From an uncultured Eubacterium sp. (GTDB lineage: Bacteria; Bacillota; Clostridia; Lachnospirales; Lachnospiraceae), in contig CANOET010000001.1 in NCBI GenBank assembly GCA_947564835.1, forward strand, positions 8,667-72,666: a stretch of DNA of 64,000 bases, in the 5' to 3' direction. Shown piece after piece: positions 9,350-18,366 of the stretch. How positions within the stretch are numbered: the stretch's first letter is position 1; each line of letters starts with the position of its first letter. The notes beneath the pieces are model-generated. The model was not told where the DNA came from and made no database searches. It saw nothing but the letters and a program-made list of their open reading frames with translations. A program made the position numbers and the translations under genes.

Positions 9350-9730
9350 TCAACGATTTAATTTTGCCGTATTAATTGGCGGCAAAACAATTGGCATCAT
9401 TCCTGGTTGTGTTGTCATTAATGAAACCTGACTCCTAATAAATGGAAACATAATCGCTATTGTATTATTATTCACAATGCTCTCTTCACGTTCATAATCA
9501 TCCGCTTCATATATGAATACTGCTTCTGCTTTTAAAAATAGTTCAAAATCAACTTTACTAATCGTTAATTCAGCTTCAACATTATAATTATGATTACCCA
9601 AATTAATGATTTTTCTTTCAAAATTAGCATTGTACTCACCATCTGCTATTTTTTGTTCTCTCTTAAAAGCACATTTACTGAAAAACAAATTTTCCATTTT
9701 AAGACTTGATTCTAATTTTTTTATGTCCAT
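9350..9730 (-). CDS. SecB-like chaperone (TAC-type)
   Basis: 126 aa; NNTIAIMFPFIRSQVSLMTTQPGMMPIVLPPIN matches the SecB C-terminal signature (FPY/F-R...T...P...LP-IN). Confidence 0.85.
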   Translation of the reverse strand: MDIKKLESSLKMENLFFSKCAFKREQKIADGEYNANFERKIINLGNHNYNVEAELTISKVDFELFLKAEAVFIYEADDYEREESIVNNNTIAIMFPFIRSQVSLMTTQPGMMPIVLPPINTAKLNR

Positions 9731-9742
9731 ACATTCCCTCCC

Positions 9743-10009
9743 TTATGCAGCAAGCTCTAACTCAGCTGTTACATTACACTCAACAATATCCATGTAACTA
9801 TCTGCTGCAAAACTTGTCACATAATTGTTATATTCCAATCGTTCATCAGAATACCAATCTGGAATCGTATGCTGATCCGCCTCCTGCAAGAAACTACCGC
9901 CAAAAATTTTTTCAAATGAATCTGGAGCATCCGATTCTGAAACTGTCACATTCACACCAAAACTCTCCTTTGCAAACGCAATAAAGTCCTGTAACATTTT
10001 TTCCATCAT
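9743..10009 (-). CDS. Putative antitoxin with aromatic/acidic chaperone-addiction-like tail ending in LAA
   Basis: 88-aa acidic ORF between toxin-like and SecB-like genes; GGAGG RBS; C-terminus ...AELELAA. Confidence 0.65.
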   Translation of the reverse strand: MMEKMLQDFIAFAKESFGVNVTVSESDAPDSFEKIFGGSFLQEADQHTIPDWYSDERLEYNNYVTSFAADSYMDIVECNVTAELELAA

Positions 10010-10024
10010 GAAAGACCTCCTTTT

Positions 10025-10594
10025 TCATCTTATATTTTCTAATATAGTATTATCTTTGACACAATATATTGTTTCTATTCCAAAAACCATATCTAATTTT
10101 TGAGCAAACTCAATTGCATGTTCGTATAATGGCTGAACTCTTTGTCTAAAATGTCCAATCACGAGTTTCTTTTGAAATGTTTGAGTATAATATGCTATAA
10201 ACATTGCCCTCAACTGTATAATTCTTTCGTGTTCATCATTAATATCCTGAATGTGAACCTCTTTCCCAGATAAAATCCGAGAAACAAATTCTTCAAAATT
10301 ACAAAGATCTTTATGTACGCGCATATCAAATATTTTTTCTTTATCAATATCTATAATATCAGCAAAAATAACTGCAGATTGTATCTTTTTTCCCGTCATC
10401 TCCTTTATTTGCCTGCACTTTCTGTCCGCCGCCCACCATGCCTTTGCTTTTATATCATAAAAATACACTCCTTCTCCACACCAATTCCCATCAGCCTTAC
10501 TCAAAACAAACCCATTTTTCTTTATTTTATTAGCAGAAATCACATCTGTTCCATGACACAGATCCCTAAATGTCTCTGTATACATCTTTAGCAT
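10025..10594 (-). CDS. ADP-ribosyltransferase-like toxin (CmdT-like)
   Basis: CHGTD...GF...WCGEGVYFY pattern of H-Y clade ARTs; start may be ATG 10585. Confidence 0.7.
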   Translation of the reverse strand: MLKMYTETFRDLCHGTDVISANKIKKNGFVLSKADGNWCGEGVYFYDIKAKAWWAADRKCRQIKEMTGKKIQSAVIFADIIDIDKEKIFDMRVHKDLCNFEEFVSRILSGKEVHIQDINDEHERIIQLRAMFIAYYTQTFQKKLVIGHFRQRVQPLYEHAIEFAQKLDMVFGIETIYCVKDNTILENIR

Positions 10595-10643
10595 CTCCTG
10601 TTGTCTTTTGCTGTTCTATGATTAATCAAATTACCGACTTTTG

Positions 10644-11333
10644 TTATCCCTTAATTTGATTCATATACGTCTCTACCATTAAAAAATCAACCATATTATC
10701 AATATCCACAGAACGTTCATTCGGCATTATATAAGCATAGGAATCTTTATCATACAAATTTCCATGTTTCATCAGAAATGCCACATTTACCAAATAAATC
10801 GCCCCATTAATCCTATAATAAACAGGCAGCTGCTGTCTTGGCCGTTCATATTCCGGACTCTGAAATGCCTTCATATTTCCATCCTCCGGTAATGTATTGC
10901 ACCATAACGGTGTATGCTCCATCTCACATACACCAATTACTGCCTCTGCATTTTTTTCCTCTATCAAAGAAAATGCATTTTGAATATCCCCTGCCGTACG
11001 CAAGGGGGAGGTCGGCTGCAAGAGCATCACACGATCAAATTTCTGCCCCATTTTTTCATATTTGCATAGCACATCCCGCACCGCATCCCAACAATCGGCT
11101 GAGTCTGATGCCAATTCTTCCTCTCTTAAAAACGGTACCTCTGCTCCATATTCTTTTGCAATCTGTGCATATTCTTCACTATCCGTAGAAACATGGATAC
11201 AGTCAAAGCATTCTGACATGTGTGCCGCTTCTATGGAATATGCCATTAATGGTTTTCCGTGTAATCGTTTTATATTTTTATCCTTTAATCCCTTAGATCC
11301 GCTTCTGGCAGTTATAACTGCTATGTTCTTCAT
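10644..11333 (-). CDS. neuA: CMP-nonulosonate synthetase, copy 2
   Basis: Near-identical to 8485-9177; same motifs. Confidence 0.93.
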   Translation of the reverse strand: MKNIAVITARSGSKGLKDKNIKRLHGKPLMAYSIEAAHMSECFDCIHVSTDSEEYAQIAKEYGAEVPFLREEELASDSADCWDAVRDVLCKYEKMGQKFDRVMLLQPTSPLRTAGDIQNAFSLIEEKNAEAVIGVCEMEHTPLWCNTLPEDGNMKAFQSPEYERPRQQLPVYYRINGAIYLVNVAFLMKHGNLYDKDSYAYIMPNERSVDIDNMVDFLMVETYMNQIKG

Positions 11334-11414
11334 TTCAACACCTACTTTACATGATCACCTTCCGAGACTATATTATCATATTTTTGAAAAATCAGCAATA
11401 ACCTGGCTAAAATA
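10656..11414. repeat. Direct repeat B: neuA plus 3' end of the intact GT-D gene
   Basis: Partner of 8500-9257. Confidence 0.9.
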
Positions 11415-12434
11415 TTCTTTATCTTCGATTGCTTTCGGATTTTCTCCCCCTGCAATCTCATTATTATATTTTCCCTCAACAGCTGTCCGCCGCCCTTCTC
11501 CTTTTAAAAACCACTCATATTCCAAATCAATATGCCCAATATCAACGGCCTGGAAACCTGCCTGAAACAGATCATAGGCAAGCACTGAAGCCGTAGGACC
11601 CAAGGCCAGCAAAAACAATCTGTCTTTTGGCTGTTTCAAAGAAAAATCCAGGATCTGATTGTATCTGAAAAATGCATTCTCTGCTGGCGCCAATATACGT
11701 TGAATCGATTTTGCATTCATAAATAACTGGTTTCCAACACCCATCCCTGTCTTGCTGCCTTCTACAAAAATACAATCCCTGCCATCCCATATCTGCCTGA
11801 TTTGCTGAAACCGTTCTGCGGGAGCATTCGTCTGATGATCAGCATACATGACATAAGGGCGCGTAATATATGCATGATAATAAATTCGTTCTTTCTTTAA
11901 TAGATTTAAATGCTCTCTGCGCACACCCCTTGTCATATAATGCCGAATTTCTCTTTTTGCCTGTGCTGTATATTGTTCCAGACTGCCATAATTATCAGCA
12001 ATTGCAATCAGCATGTTCTCCTCATTAGAATCTAATACTGCCTTTAACCGCTTTGCTAGCTGTTCATCATTTACCGTTTGGAACTTGTGGCGGATGCGGC
12101 CCTGGATTGCTGCAAATTCTCCGTCACCAAACCGGGCAATTGACGCATGGTTAAGAAGCAGCCGATGCATTGTTTCTTCTCTTGATACAATCTGTGGATA
12201 CCAAAATTCTTCTGGCTCCTTGATATTTCGGTAATCCATAATCTCGAAATATATATTATCTCTATAATGTTCTATATCATCCAGCGTATCATCCATCCAT
12301 TCTGTAAACTTCCTCTGCGACTTTACTAAAATCTGATTTGCTTTCTCTAATGAAATGATACGCTGTTGCATATTTTCTGAAATTGCTGCTAATTGTAAAA
12401 ATTGGTTGTACAATTGCTGTTCCTGCTCATTCAT
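11376..12434 (-). CDS. GT-D fold (DUF1792) glycosyltransferase with N-terminal coiled coil
   Basis: SIARFGDGEF, LALGPTASVLAYDL, DIGHIDLEYEW motifs. Confidence 0.85.
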   Translation of the reverse strand: MNEQEQQLYNQFLQLAAISENMQQRIISLEKANQILVKSQRKFTEWMDDTLDDIEHYRDNIYFEIMDYRNIKEPEEFWYPQIVSREETMHRLLLNHASIARFGDGEFAAIQGRIRHKFQTVNDEQLAKRLKAVLDSNEENMLIAIADNYGSLEQYTAQAKREIRHYMTRGVRREHLNLLKKERIYYHAYITRPYVMYADHQTNAPAERFQQIRQIWDGRDCIFVEGSKTGMGVGNQLFMNAKSIQRILAPAENAFFRYNQILDFSLKQPKDRLFLLALGPTASVLAYDLFQAGFQAVDIGHIDLEYEWFLKGEGRRTAVEGKYNNEIAGGENPKAIEDKEYFSQVIADFSKI

Positions 12435-12527
12435 TTGCTATCTCCAACTATGTATTACGATTCTTACAGACATTCTCCATCCCGCTCTTAATCAAAATCG
12501 ATCTTATTTTTAACCTCCAGAAATATG

Positions 12528-14411
12528 TTACTCATTGATTGACTCCCTTTTACTAAATATTTCAGTTGCATACTCTTCAAATGCATCAGAAAGCTTCTTA
12601 ACATTTTCCATATAAATTATGCCTTTTCTTGCAATCTCCTTACCTTCCTTCTGCAATGTATCCTCTGACAGGAACTGTTCATTACTTAATATATAGTTAG
12701 CGTTTGACATTGTCATATTCACAAGCTGGTATACGTCCATCTGTGTGATTTCCTTAATTCCTTTTCTTAACTTTTTCATAACTGACAAATATTCCTGCTG
12801 ATTGATATTTTTTTTCGAGCATAATCGATTTAATTTATGATATTGCTTTTTCATTTTATTCGCCCGCAAAGATAATGTATGAAAATCCTCAGATAGATTC
12901 AGCAAATAATTTTCCGCCCACTTGTATTCTTCTTCTGATAACATTGGCTTCAAATCTTTGATACGTTTTGCAATATCAGCTTCTTTTGTACATACCTTAT
13001 GAATCGCGTCCTTTAAAGTCATGATCTCGGTTCCCTTTATTTTGGCGCCACCCTCGGTAGCATTAATAACGCAAAACTGTTCTCCTCTGTTTTTCTTATG
13101 TTCCGTACATCCCTGAATATATTGCTCATACCATTTAATAAATATTTGAAAGGAATAAGGAGCTGGAACTTTATCTTCGCAATTTCCCTCAACCATGATA
13201 TAATTGCTTGTATCACATTCTTCCATTACTTCCTGAAAGGTACCGTCCGCATGCGATCTGTTATTTGTAAAAGCAAGATCCTGCCCTACTAATATAATTG
13301 TTGTAATACCTATCATATACATAAAAGAAAAAGCGCTTGTTGCCACAGACCCTCCTGTTGCAACTCCTCCTATTATCTGACCGGATTTCTGGAAAATCCT
13401 GTCAGCAAACTGATAACCTTGATTATAAAAAATTTTCATGCCTGTATGATAATCTAATACCTCACTCGCTGCGCTTAAAGATGTAAGCAAAGGTATCTCT
13501 TTTACACCTTCAGCTTCAAATAGGCTTAACGGTTTCATCCCATCAATCATCGCTATCATATGCGGCACGATACCTTCTCGCAATAAAGGCTTCACCGCCG
13601 TATCAACTGCTATTATAAACGACTTTCCCTGCGCTTCTTTAAGATCCTTGATATTTTTATTGAGTGAAGGTCCTGCCGCCACTAATATTCCAGGCACATC
13701 CTTTGGTACAAGATTAATTAATTGTGTTGTTTTATATCCTTTGCACAAATATCTCGCATTAGATAATAAGTTCTTCACCATCACTTTTGAAAAAATGATA
13801 TTCGTATTATATTGTACCGCTTCTTCTGCGGCAGCATCGCGGCAGATACGCATAAAATCAACCGCTTCCTTCTCAAATAGAATTTCATAATTCGGTAAAA
13901 TGAAATACTTCACATATACAAGCATCTCATAAATCAATGTTTTTTTTATCACTGGCTGCAATTTTTGCAGTCCCATTTCCTCTAATCCATTCACCCAAAA
14001 TATAATTAAATGTTTTTCCATCCATCGCTCCAAATCTGCCATTTCTAAAAATTTCAAGAATATCTGTAAGGATGGTTCATATACTATAATAGTAATTTTA
14101 TTTTCTGTCTGTTCCGCAAGCTCTTTTAAATAGGAAGGATTTCCTGTTCCCATCATAATAATGGGAGTATTCTGCTGCAGTTCACCCAATGCATCTCTCC
14201 AAAGCAAAGCCGATTCTTTACTGTTGCGTTTTCCATTTAAATAATACATCTTTCCATTTTGCCGTATTCTTAGAATACGGCCTCCATCGTCTGCTGTTTC
14301 TTCTATAATTTCAAAATCTGGCTTAAGTTCTTTTCTCCCTTTTTCAATTAATTCATCAAACTTATCATAATATTTTGAAAGTACCTTTAAGTTTTTCTCA
14401 TATTGCGTCAC
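12528..14411 (-). CDS. maf: Motility-associated factor (Maf/DUF115, MptE-like) flagellin glycosyltransferase
   Basis: LVAAGPSLNKN, IAVDTA, GGSVA, LVGQDLAF, INATEGGAKIKG motifs; immediately downstream of flagellin. Confidence 0.88.
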   Translation of the reverse strand: MTQYEKNLKVLSKYYDKFDELIEKGRKELKPDFEIIEETADDGGRILRIRQNGKMYYLNGKRNSKESALLWRDALGELQQNTPIIMMGTGNPSYLKELAEQTENKITIIVYEPSLQIFLKFLEMADLERWMEKHLIIFWVNGLEEMGLQKLQPVIKKTLIYEMLVYVKYFILPNYEILFEKEAVDFMRICRDAAAEEAVQYNTNIIFSKVMVKNLLSNARYLCKGYKTTQLINLVPKDVPGILVAAGPSLNKNIKDLKEAQGKSFIIAVDTAVKPLLREGIVPHMIAMIDGMKPLSLFEAEGVKEIPLLTSLSAASEVLDYHTGMKIFYNQGYQFADRIFQKSGQIIGGVATGGSVATSAFSFMYMIGITTIILVGQDLAFTNNRSHADGTFQEVMEECDTSNYIMVEGNCEDKVPAPYSFQIFIKWYEQYIQGCTEHKKNRGEQFCVINATEGGAKIKGTEIMTLKDAIHKVCTKEADIAKRIKDLKPMLSEEEYKWAENYLLNLSEDFHTLSLRANKMKKQYHKLNRLCSKKNINQQEYLSVMKKLRKGIKEITQMDVYQLVNMTMSNANYILSNEQFLSEDTLQKEGKEIARKGIIYMENVKKLSDAFEEYATEIFSKRESINE

Positions 14412-14736
14412 TTTCCTTCTCCTCCTCTTCCGGACTACAAAACATTTTCAAATACTCCAAAATACCATATGCCAATGCATCGTTCATCAGTACCATATCA
14501 TTCTGTTCCGCTGCTTCCAGCATATCCTTTAAACTATTCAACAAGTCTCTGCACATCATCACATATACTTCTTCTTCTATGCCTAACGGATTTTTTTTCA
14601 GAAACCATGTTACAAACTCCTGGATTGCAGCTATATTTTTATAGGTCTTTTTTATAATGCTCCGATCTTGATAGATCATAAATGCTGCTGTATCATTTCT
14701 CAACGTTTTATATAATTCCTTAATCTTAGTATCCAC
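14398..14736 (-). CDS. Small helical protein coupled to maf, unknown function
   Basis: 112 aa, GTG start with AGGAG RBS, overlaps maf start; NDMVLMNDALAYGIL motif. Confidence 0.7.
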   Translation of the reverse strand: MDTKIKELYKTLRNDTAAFMIYQDRSIIKKTYKNIAAIQEFVTWFLKKNPLGIEEEVYVMMCRDLLNSLKDMLEAAEQNDMVLMNDALAYGILEYLKMFCSPEEEEKESDAI

Positions 14737-14760
14737 ACTTCTCTCCTAATTTAATTTATA

Positions 14761-14789
14761 AAAAAGAGCTGGCATTGCCAGCTCTTTTT
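14761..14789. terminator. Intrinsic terminator of the flagellin gene (symmetric)
   Basis: aaaaagagctggca-t-tgccagctcttttt perfect inverted repeat with T-runs. Confidence 0.85.
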
Positions 14790-14828
14790 ATAAATAATGA
14801 TCTGTACGAAGTACAGCTTAACATCATC

Positions 14829-16040
14829 TTACTGCAGTAACGATAATACACCCTGCGTAGATTGATTTGACTGTGCAAGCATAGATTGCCCTGCCTGTGC
14901 AAGAATATTATTCTTACTGTACTCAACCATTTCAGAAGCCATATCTGTATCACGAATACGAGACTCTGCTGACTGTGTATTTTCTGCTACATTATCCAAA
15001 TTAGCAATTGTATGCTCTAATCTATTCTGTAAAGCACCAAGTGCGGAACGCTGTGATGAAACTTTGTTAATCGCATTCTGTACAGCAGTAATTGTTGCAT
15101 TTGCTTCCGCATAACTATTTACTTCCGGTTTTGCTAATGTAAAACTCTCACCACTTGTTGCAACTGTTGGACTCTTGCCTGTAACCTCTGTCGTCTCGGC
15201 GTAAGTAATGAAGCTAGATAGAGTACCTAAATCAGTAGACACATTGCTTTTTGCAGCCGAAACATCTGCTGCCATAGCTTGAGAAGCTGTTGAATATTGA
15301 GAGCCTGCTGCATCTATAAAGAAAATACTTGTACCAGAAATCTGCTGTGCATAGTCATCCTCTGATGCCTGCTTATCAATAGAATCCTTAATCTGAGCTA
15401 TCGCTGCATCCTGATTCGCTGATAATGCCTTCGAGTCATCATACTGATAAGTATGCCCATTATAAGTCACTGTAGAAATTTCTTTACCTTTCTGAACATC
15501 GCCCTGCTTCATACCCTTAATGCTTCTTAAACCTAATGTCGCAGCATCCATATTATTAATACTGATCGTAATCTTCTGATTTGCATTTGCTCCAACCTGG
15601 AGATTCTTGCTGTCAAAAGTACCGTCTAACAGATTCTGTTTATTGAACTGTGTAGTAGTAGAAATTCTGTCAAGCTCCTGTGTCAAAGCATCTAACTCTT
15701 CATTAATCGCATCACGGTCAATGTTTTCATTTGTATCGTTAGCGCCCTGAACTGCTAATTCATTCATTCTCTGAAGGATGGAATGAGCTTCATTTAAAGC
15801 ACCTTCTGCTGTCTGAATAAGAGATACGCCGTCCTGTGCATTTGTTGAAGCTTTATTTAAGCCACGAACCTGACTTCTCATTTTTTCAGAAATCTTTAAA
15901 CCAGCAGCATCATCGCCTGCACGATTGATTCTGTAACCAGAAGATAATTTTTCTGAAGATTTAGACTGTGCGCCTGTTGTAACGCCTAACTGACGGTTAG
16001 CATTCATTGCTGTAAGATTATGCTGTACTACCATTGCCAT
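14829..16040 (-). CDS. fliC: Flagellin (major)
   Basis: MAMVVQHNLTAMNANR...LSSGYRINRAGDDAAGL N-terminus; ESRIRDTDMASEMVEYSKNNIL...VLSLLQ C-terminus; AAGGAGG RBS. Confidence 0.97.
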   Translation of the reverse strand: MAMVVQHNLTAMNANRQLGVTTGAQSKSSEKLSSGYRINRAGDDAAGLKISEKMRSQVRGLNKASTNAQDGVSLIQTAEGALNEAHSILQRMNELAVQGANDTNENIDRDAINEELDALTQELDRISTTTQFNKQNLLDGTFDSKNLQVGANANQKITISINNMDAATLGLRSIKGMKQGDVQKGKEISTVTYNGHTYQYDDSKALSANQDAAIAQIKDSIDKQASEDDYAQQISGTSIFFIDAAGSQYSTASQAMAADVSAAKSNVSTDLGTLSSFITYAETTEVTGKSPTVATSGESFTLAKPEVNSYAEANATITAVQNAINKVSSQRSALGALQNRLEHTIANLDNVAENTQSAESRIRDTDMASEMVEYSKNNILAQAGQSMLAQSNQSTQGVLSLLQ

Positions 16041-16063
16041 AATAATTTCCTCCTTGAATATAC

Positions 16064-16081
16064 TGCATCTTCCATGATGCA
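16064..16081 (-). promoter_or_regulatory. CsrA-binding hairpin in the flagellin 5' UTR
   Basis: mRNA UGCAUC-AUGGAA-GAUGCA: 6-bp stem with ANGGA loop, just upstream of the SD; csrA and fliW are in the window. Confidence 0.75.
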
Positions 16082-16177
16082 AACGATAATTTTTATGTTG
16101 CTGACAGAATCTCTATCGGCCGTACGCTCCTAATGGAAACCCTGCCCTTTTAAGTAATGTTGCTTTACTTGTATTAT

Positions 16178-16204
16178 ATATCGGATGAACATTTGGATAC
16201 TTTA
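16178..16204 (-). promoter_or_regulatory. sigma28 (FliA/SigD) promoter of flagellin
   Basis: TAAA-N15-TCCGATAT on the minus strand. Confidence 0.85.
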
Positions 16205-16247
16205 TAGCCATTTTTAAAATTTTTCATCTCTTTCATCTCGGAGGCAT

Positions 16248-17646
16248 TTAAGTCTGACGGAATCCGCGGAACGCCGTATTTCTGTTAAAATACAGGTCTG
16301 CACATACTGCCTCCATATTTTTTGACTGCACTTCCTGATATTTCTTAATCAGCTTCATATTCGTCCGATAGAGGGCGCGATATACCTCATCATCGGTATG
16401 CCGCGTAAAATTCACAGCTATCAGGTCAGAATTCAGATGTTTATTCTCATAAAAATCTTCCACACCTTCCAGCAGATGATGCTCCACCGCATAATCAAAC
16501 AATTCGCTTCCAGGATACGGCGTCACCGGACGAATCGTTCTCAGCTGTGCATGGTTATCATATTTCAGTAAAAATTCTACAGCATCATCCAATGCACTAA
16601 GTGGTTCATTAATGTTTCCAAAGATAATATTCAGCCCCGGGCTAATACCTACTTCTAAGGTATTTTCTACACCCCGGATAATCATATCACGGTTTAATCC
16701 TTTATGCATCACTCTTAACGTATCATTATCCAATGATTCTATACCATAATTAACAAACACGCATCCTGCATCTTTCATTTTTTGCAGCACTTCTATATCC
16801 GCAAAATTGAGTCTGCCATTACAGTCCCATTTCACATCTAAATCCGCATCTATAAATGCCTGACAGAGCTCCAAGGTACGATCCTTTGAGCTCATCAACA
16901 ATTCATCTGAAAAAGTGATAAACTTAATATTATATTCTTTTTTTAAAAATTGTATTTCGTCTATAATACTCTGCGCACTTCTCGGACGAAATCCTTTGTC
17001 CAAGCGATAACAAAAATTACACCTAAAAATACATCCTCTCCCCGAAAGAACAGGCATCCAACGCTCACGATTCGTTATATGTGGTACACGCAGCAATGGA
17101 TAAAAAGTCATATCAAATAAATCATACGCAGGCCATGAAATCTGATCAATATTTTTAATTAGTTCTCTTGGTTTTGTCCTGATATAATTTCCGTCTGAAT
17201 CTAAAAATGCAATTCCATCAACTGATTCAAGCGCACCCCCCCCTCTTAAAAGCGTCCAACAGTTCAACAAACGTAATCTCGCCTTCACCAATCCCGACAA
17301 CATCTGCTCCGGTTTTCCTCAAAAAATACTCCGGCGCCGCAGCCGGACCATGTCCGCCAATTGTATATTTAAAATTCTTTCTGTTTTTAGAAGCATTAAT
17401 CGCTTCTGACAAAGATAACAATTTCCGATATTGATAATACCCTCCGATAATACTGATCTCAACCACATCAAAATCATGATTGTCCAGGTATTCCGTTAAA
17501 TGACAATCCGGCCAATGATAAATATCCTGCTGATAAACACAGACCTCATGCCCTGCATCTCTGGCCGCAGCGGCTAAATAAGCAAGCCCTTGCGGAAACC
17601 ATGCTATGTAGGAATCATTGTCATAAACCACCATCAATATTTTCAT
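16248..17646 (-). pseudogene. B12-binding radical SAM enzyme split by a frameshift in a G8 tract (phase-variable OFF, or sequencing error)
   Basis: N-part (PQGLAYLAA, GGHGP, GEGE) and C-part (SGRGCIFRCNFC, GIES) in different frames; junction at C8 run 17236-17243; G7 gives a continuous ...DAFKRGGALESVDG... Confidence 0.85.
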
Positions 17647-17697
17647 ATATTCTTCCTTCCTTTCTTTCATAAACTGACGTAATCAGCAAAGAAGGCT

Positions 17698-18366
17698 TTA
17701 AAGTTCTATTTCCTTCAGCACACGGAATGCTTCTGCATACTCCACATTGCATGCTGCCGCCCGATACTTTGCCAACCCACGGATCGCCTGCTCGTTCCTC
17801 GGGAAAGGCGATTCCTTAATTTCATTCTTATACTCTTTCATAATTGCAATCTTTTCTTCCAGGTAACCACTGATATCTACATAATAATTTGGAACGTACC
17901 CCCCCCCACACATTTCCGGAGCATAATCTGTTTCCGAGATAATTTCCATACACAAAATTTTTGTCACACTCGGATAACGGAATGACTTCGTGCTTGAATA
18001 TGCAGCTTCAAATACGATCTTATGGTCAGAATGCACGTCATTCGAATAAGGCAGAATTACAATATCAGGCTGAATCCTTCTTACTTCGCCTGAAAACATT
18101 TGCACCAATTCAGACGTTCTATATCGGTCAAGCCCCGCTGGTTCCAGCTGCAGATCTATGTATTCTTTCATCCGATACCTTGCGGCAACTCTTTCTATTT
18201 CTTCTCTGCCCTGACTTTCCTCCTCTTTCGTATACCCGTACTCTTCTTTTACATTCGTCACATTCAGCCAGTACAGTTCATCGCCTGCATCTGCATGTTT
18301 TAACAAAAACCCTCCCGCTCCCAATGTTTCATCATCTGTGTGCGGAGAAACAACCAGTATTTTCAT
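17698..18366 (-). CDS. PIG-L/LmbE-family N-deacetylase with in-frame G9 tract
   Basis: SPHTDDETLG, DVHSDH motifs; C9 run at 17899-17907 encodes GGG. Confidence 0.88.
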   Translation of the reverse strand: MKILVVSPHTDDETLGAGGFLLKHADAGDELYWLNVTNVKEEYGYTKEEESQGREEIERVAARYRMKEYIDLQLEPAGLDRYRTSELVQMFSGEVRRIQPDIVILPYSNDVHSDHKIVFEAAYSSTKSFRYPSVTKILCMEIISETDYAPEMCGGGYVPNYYVDISGYLEEKIAIMKEYKNEIKESPFPRNEQAIRGLAKYRAAACNVEYAEAFRVLKEIEL

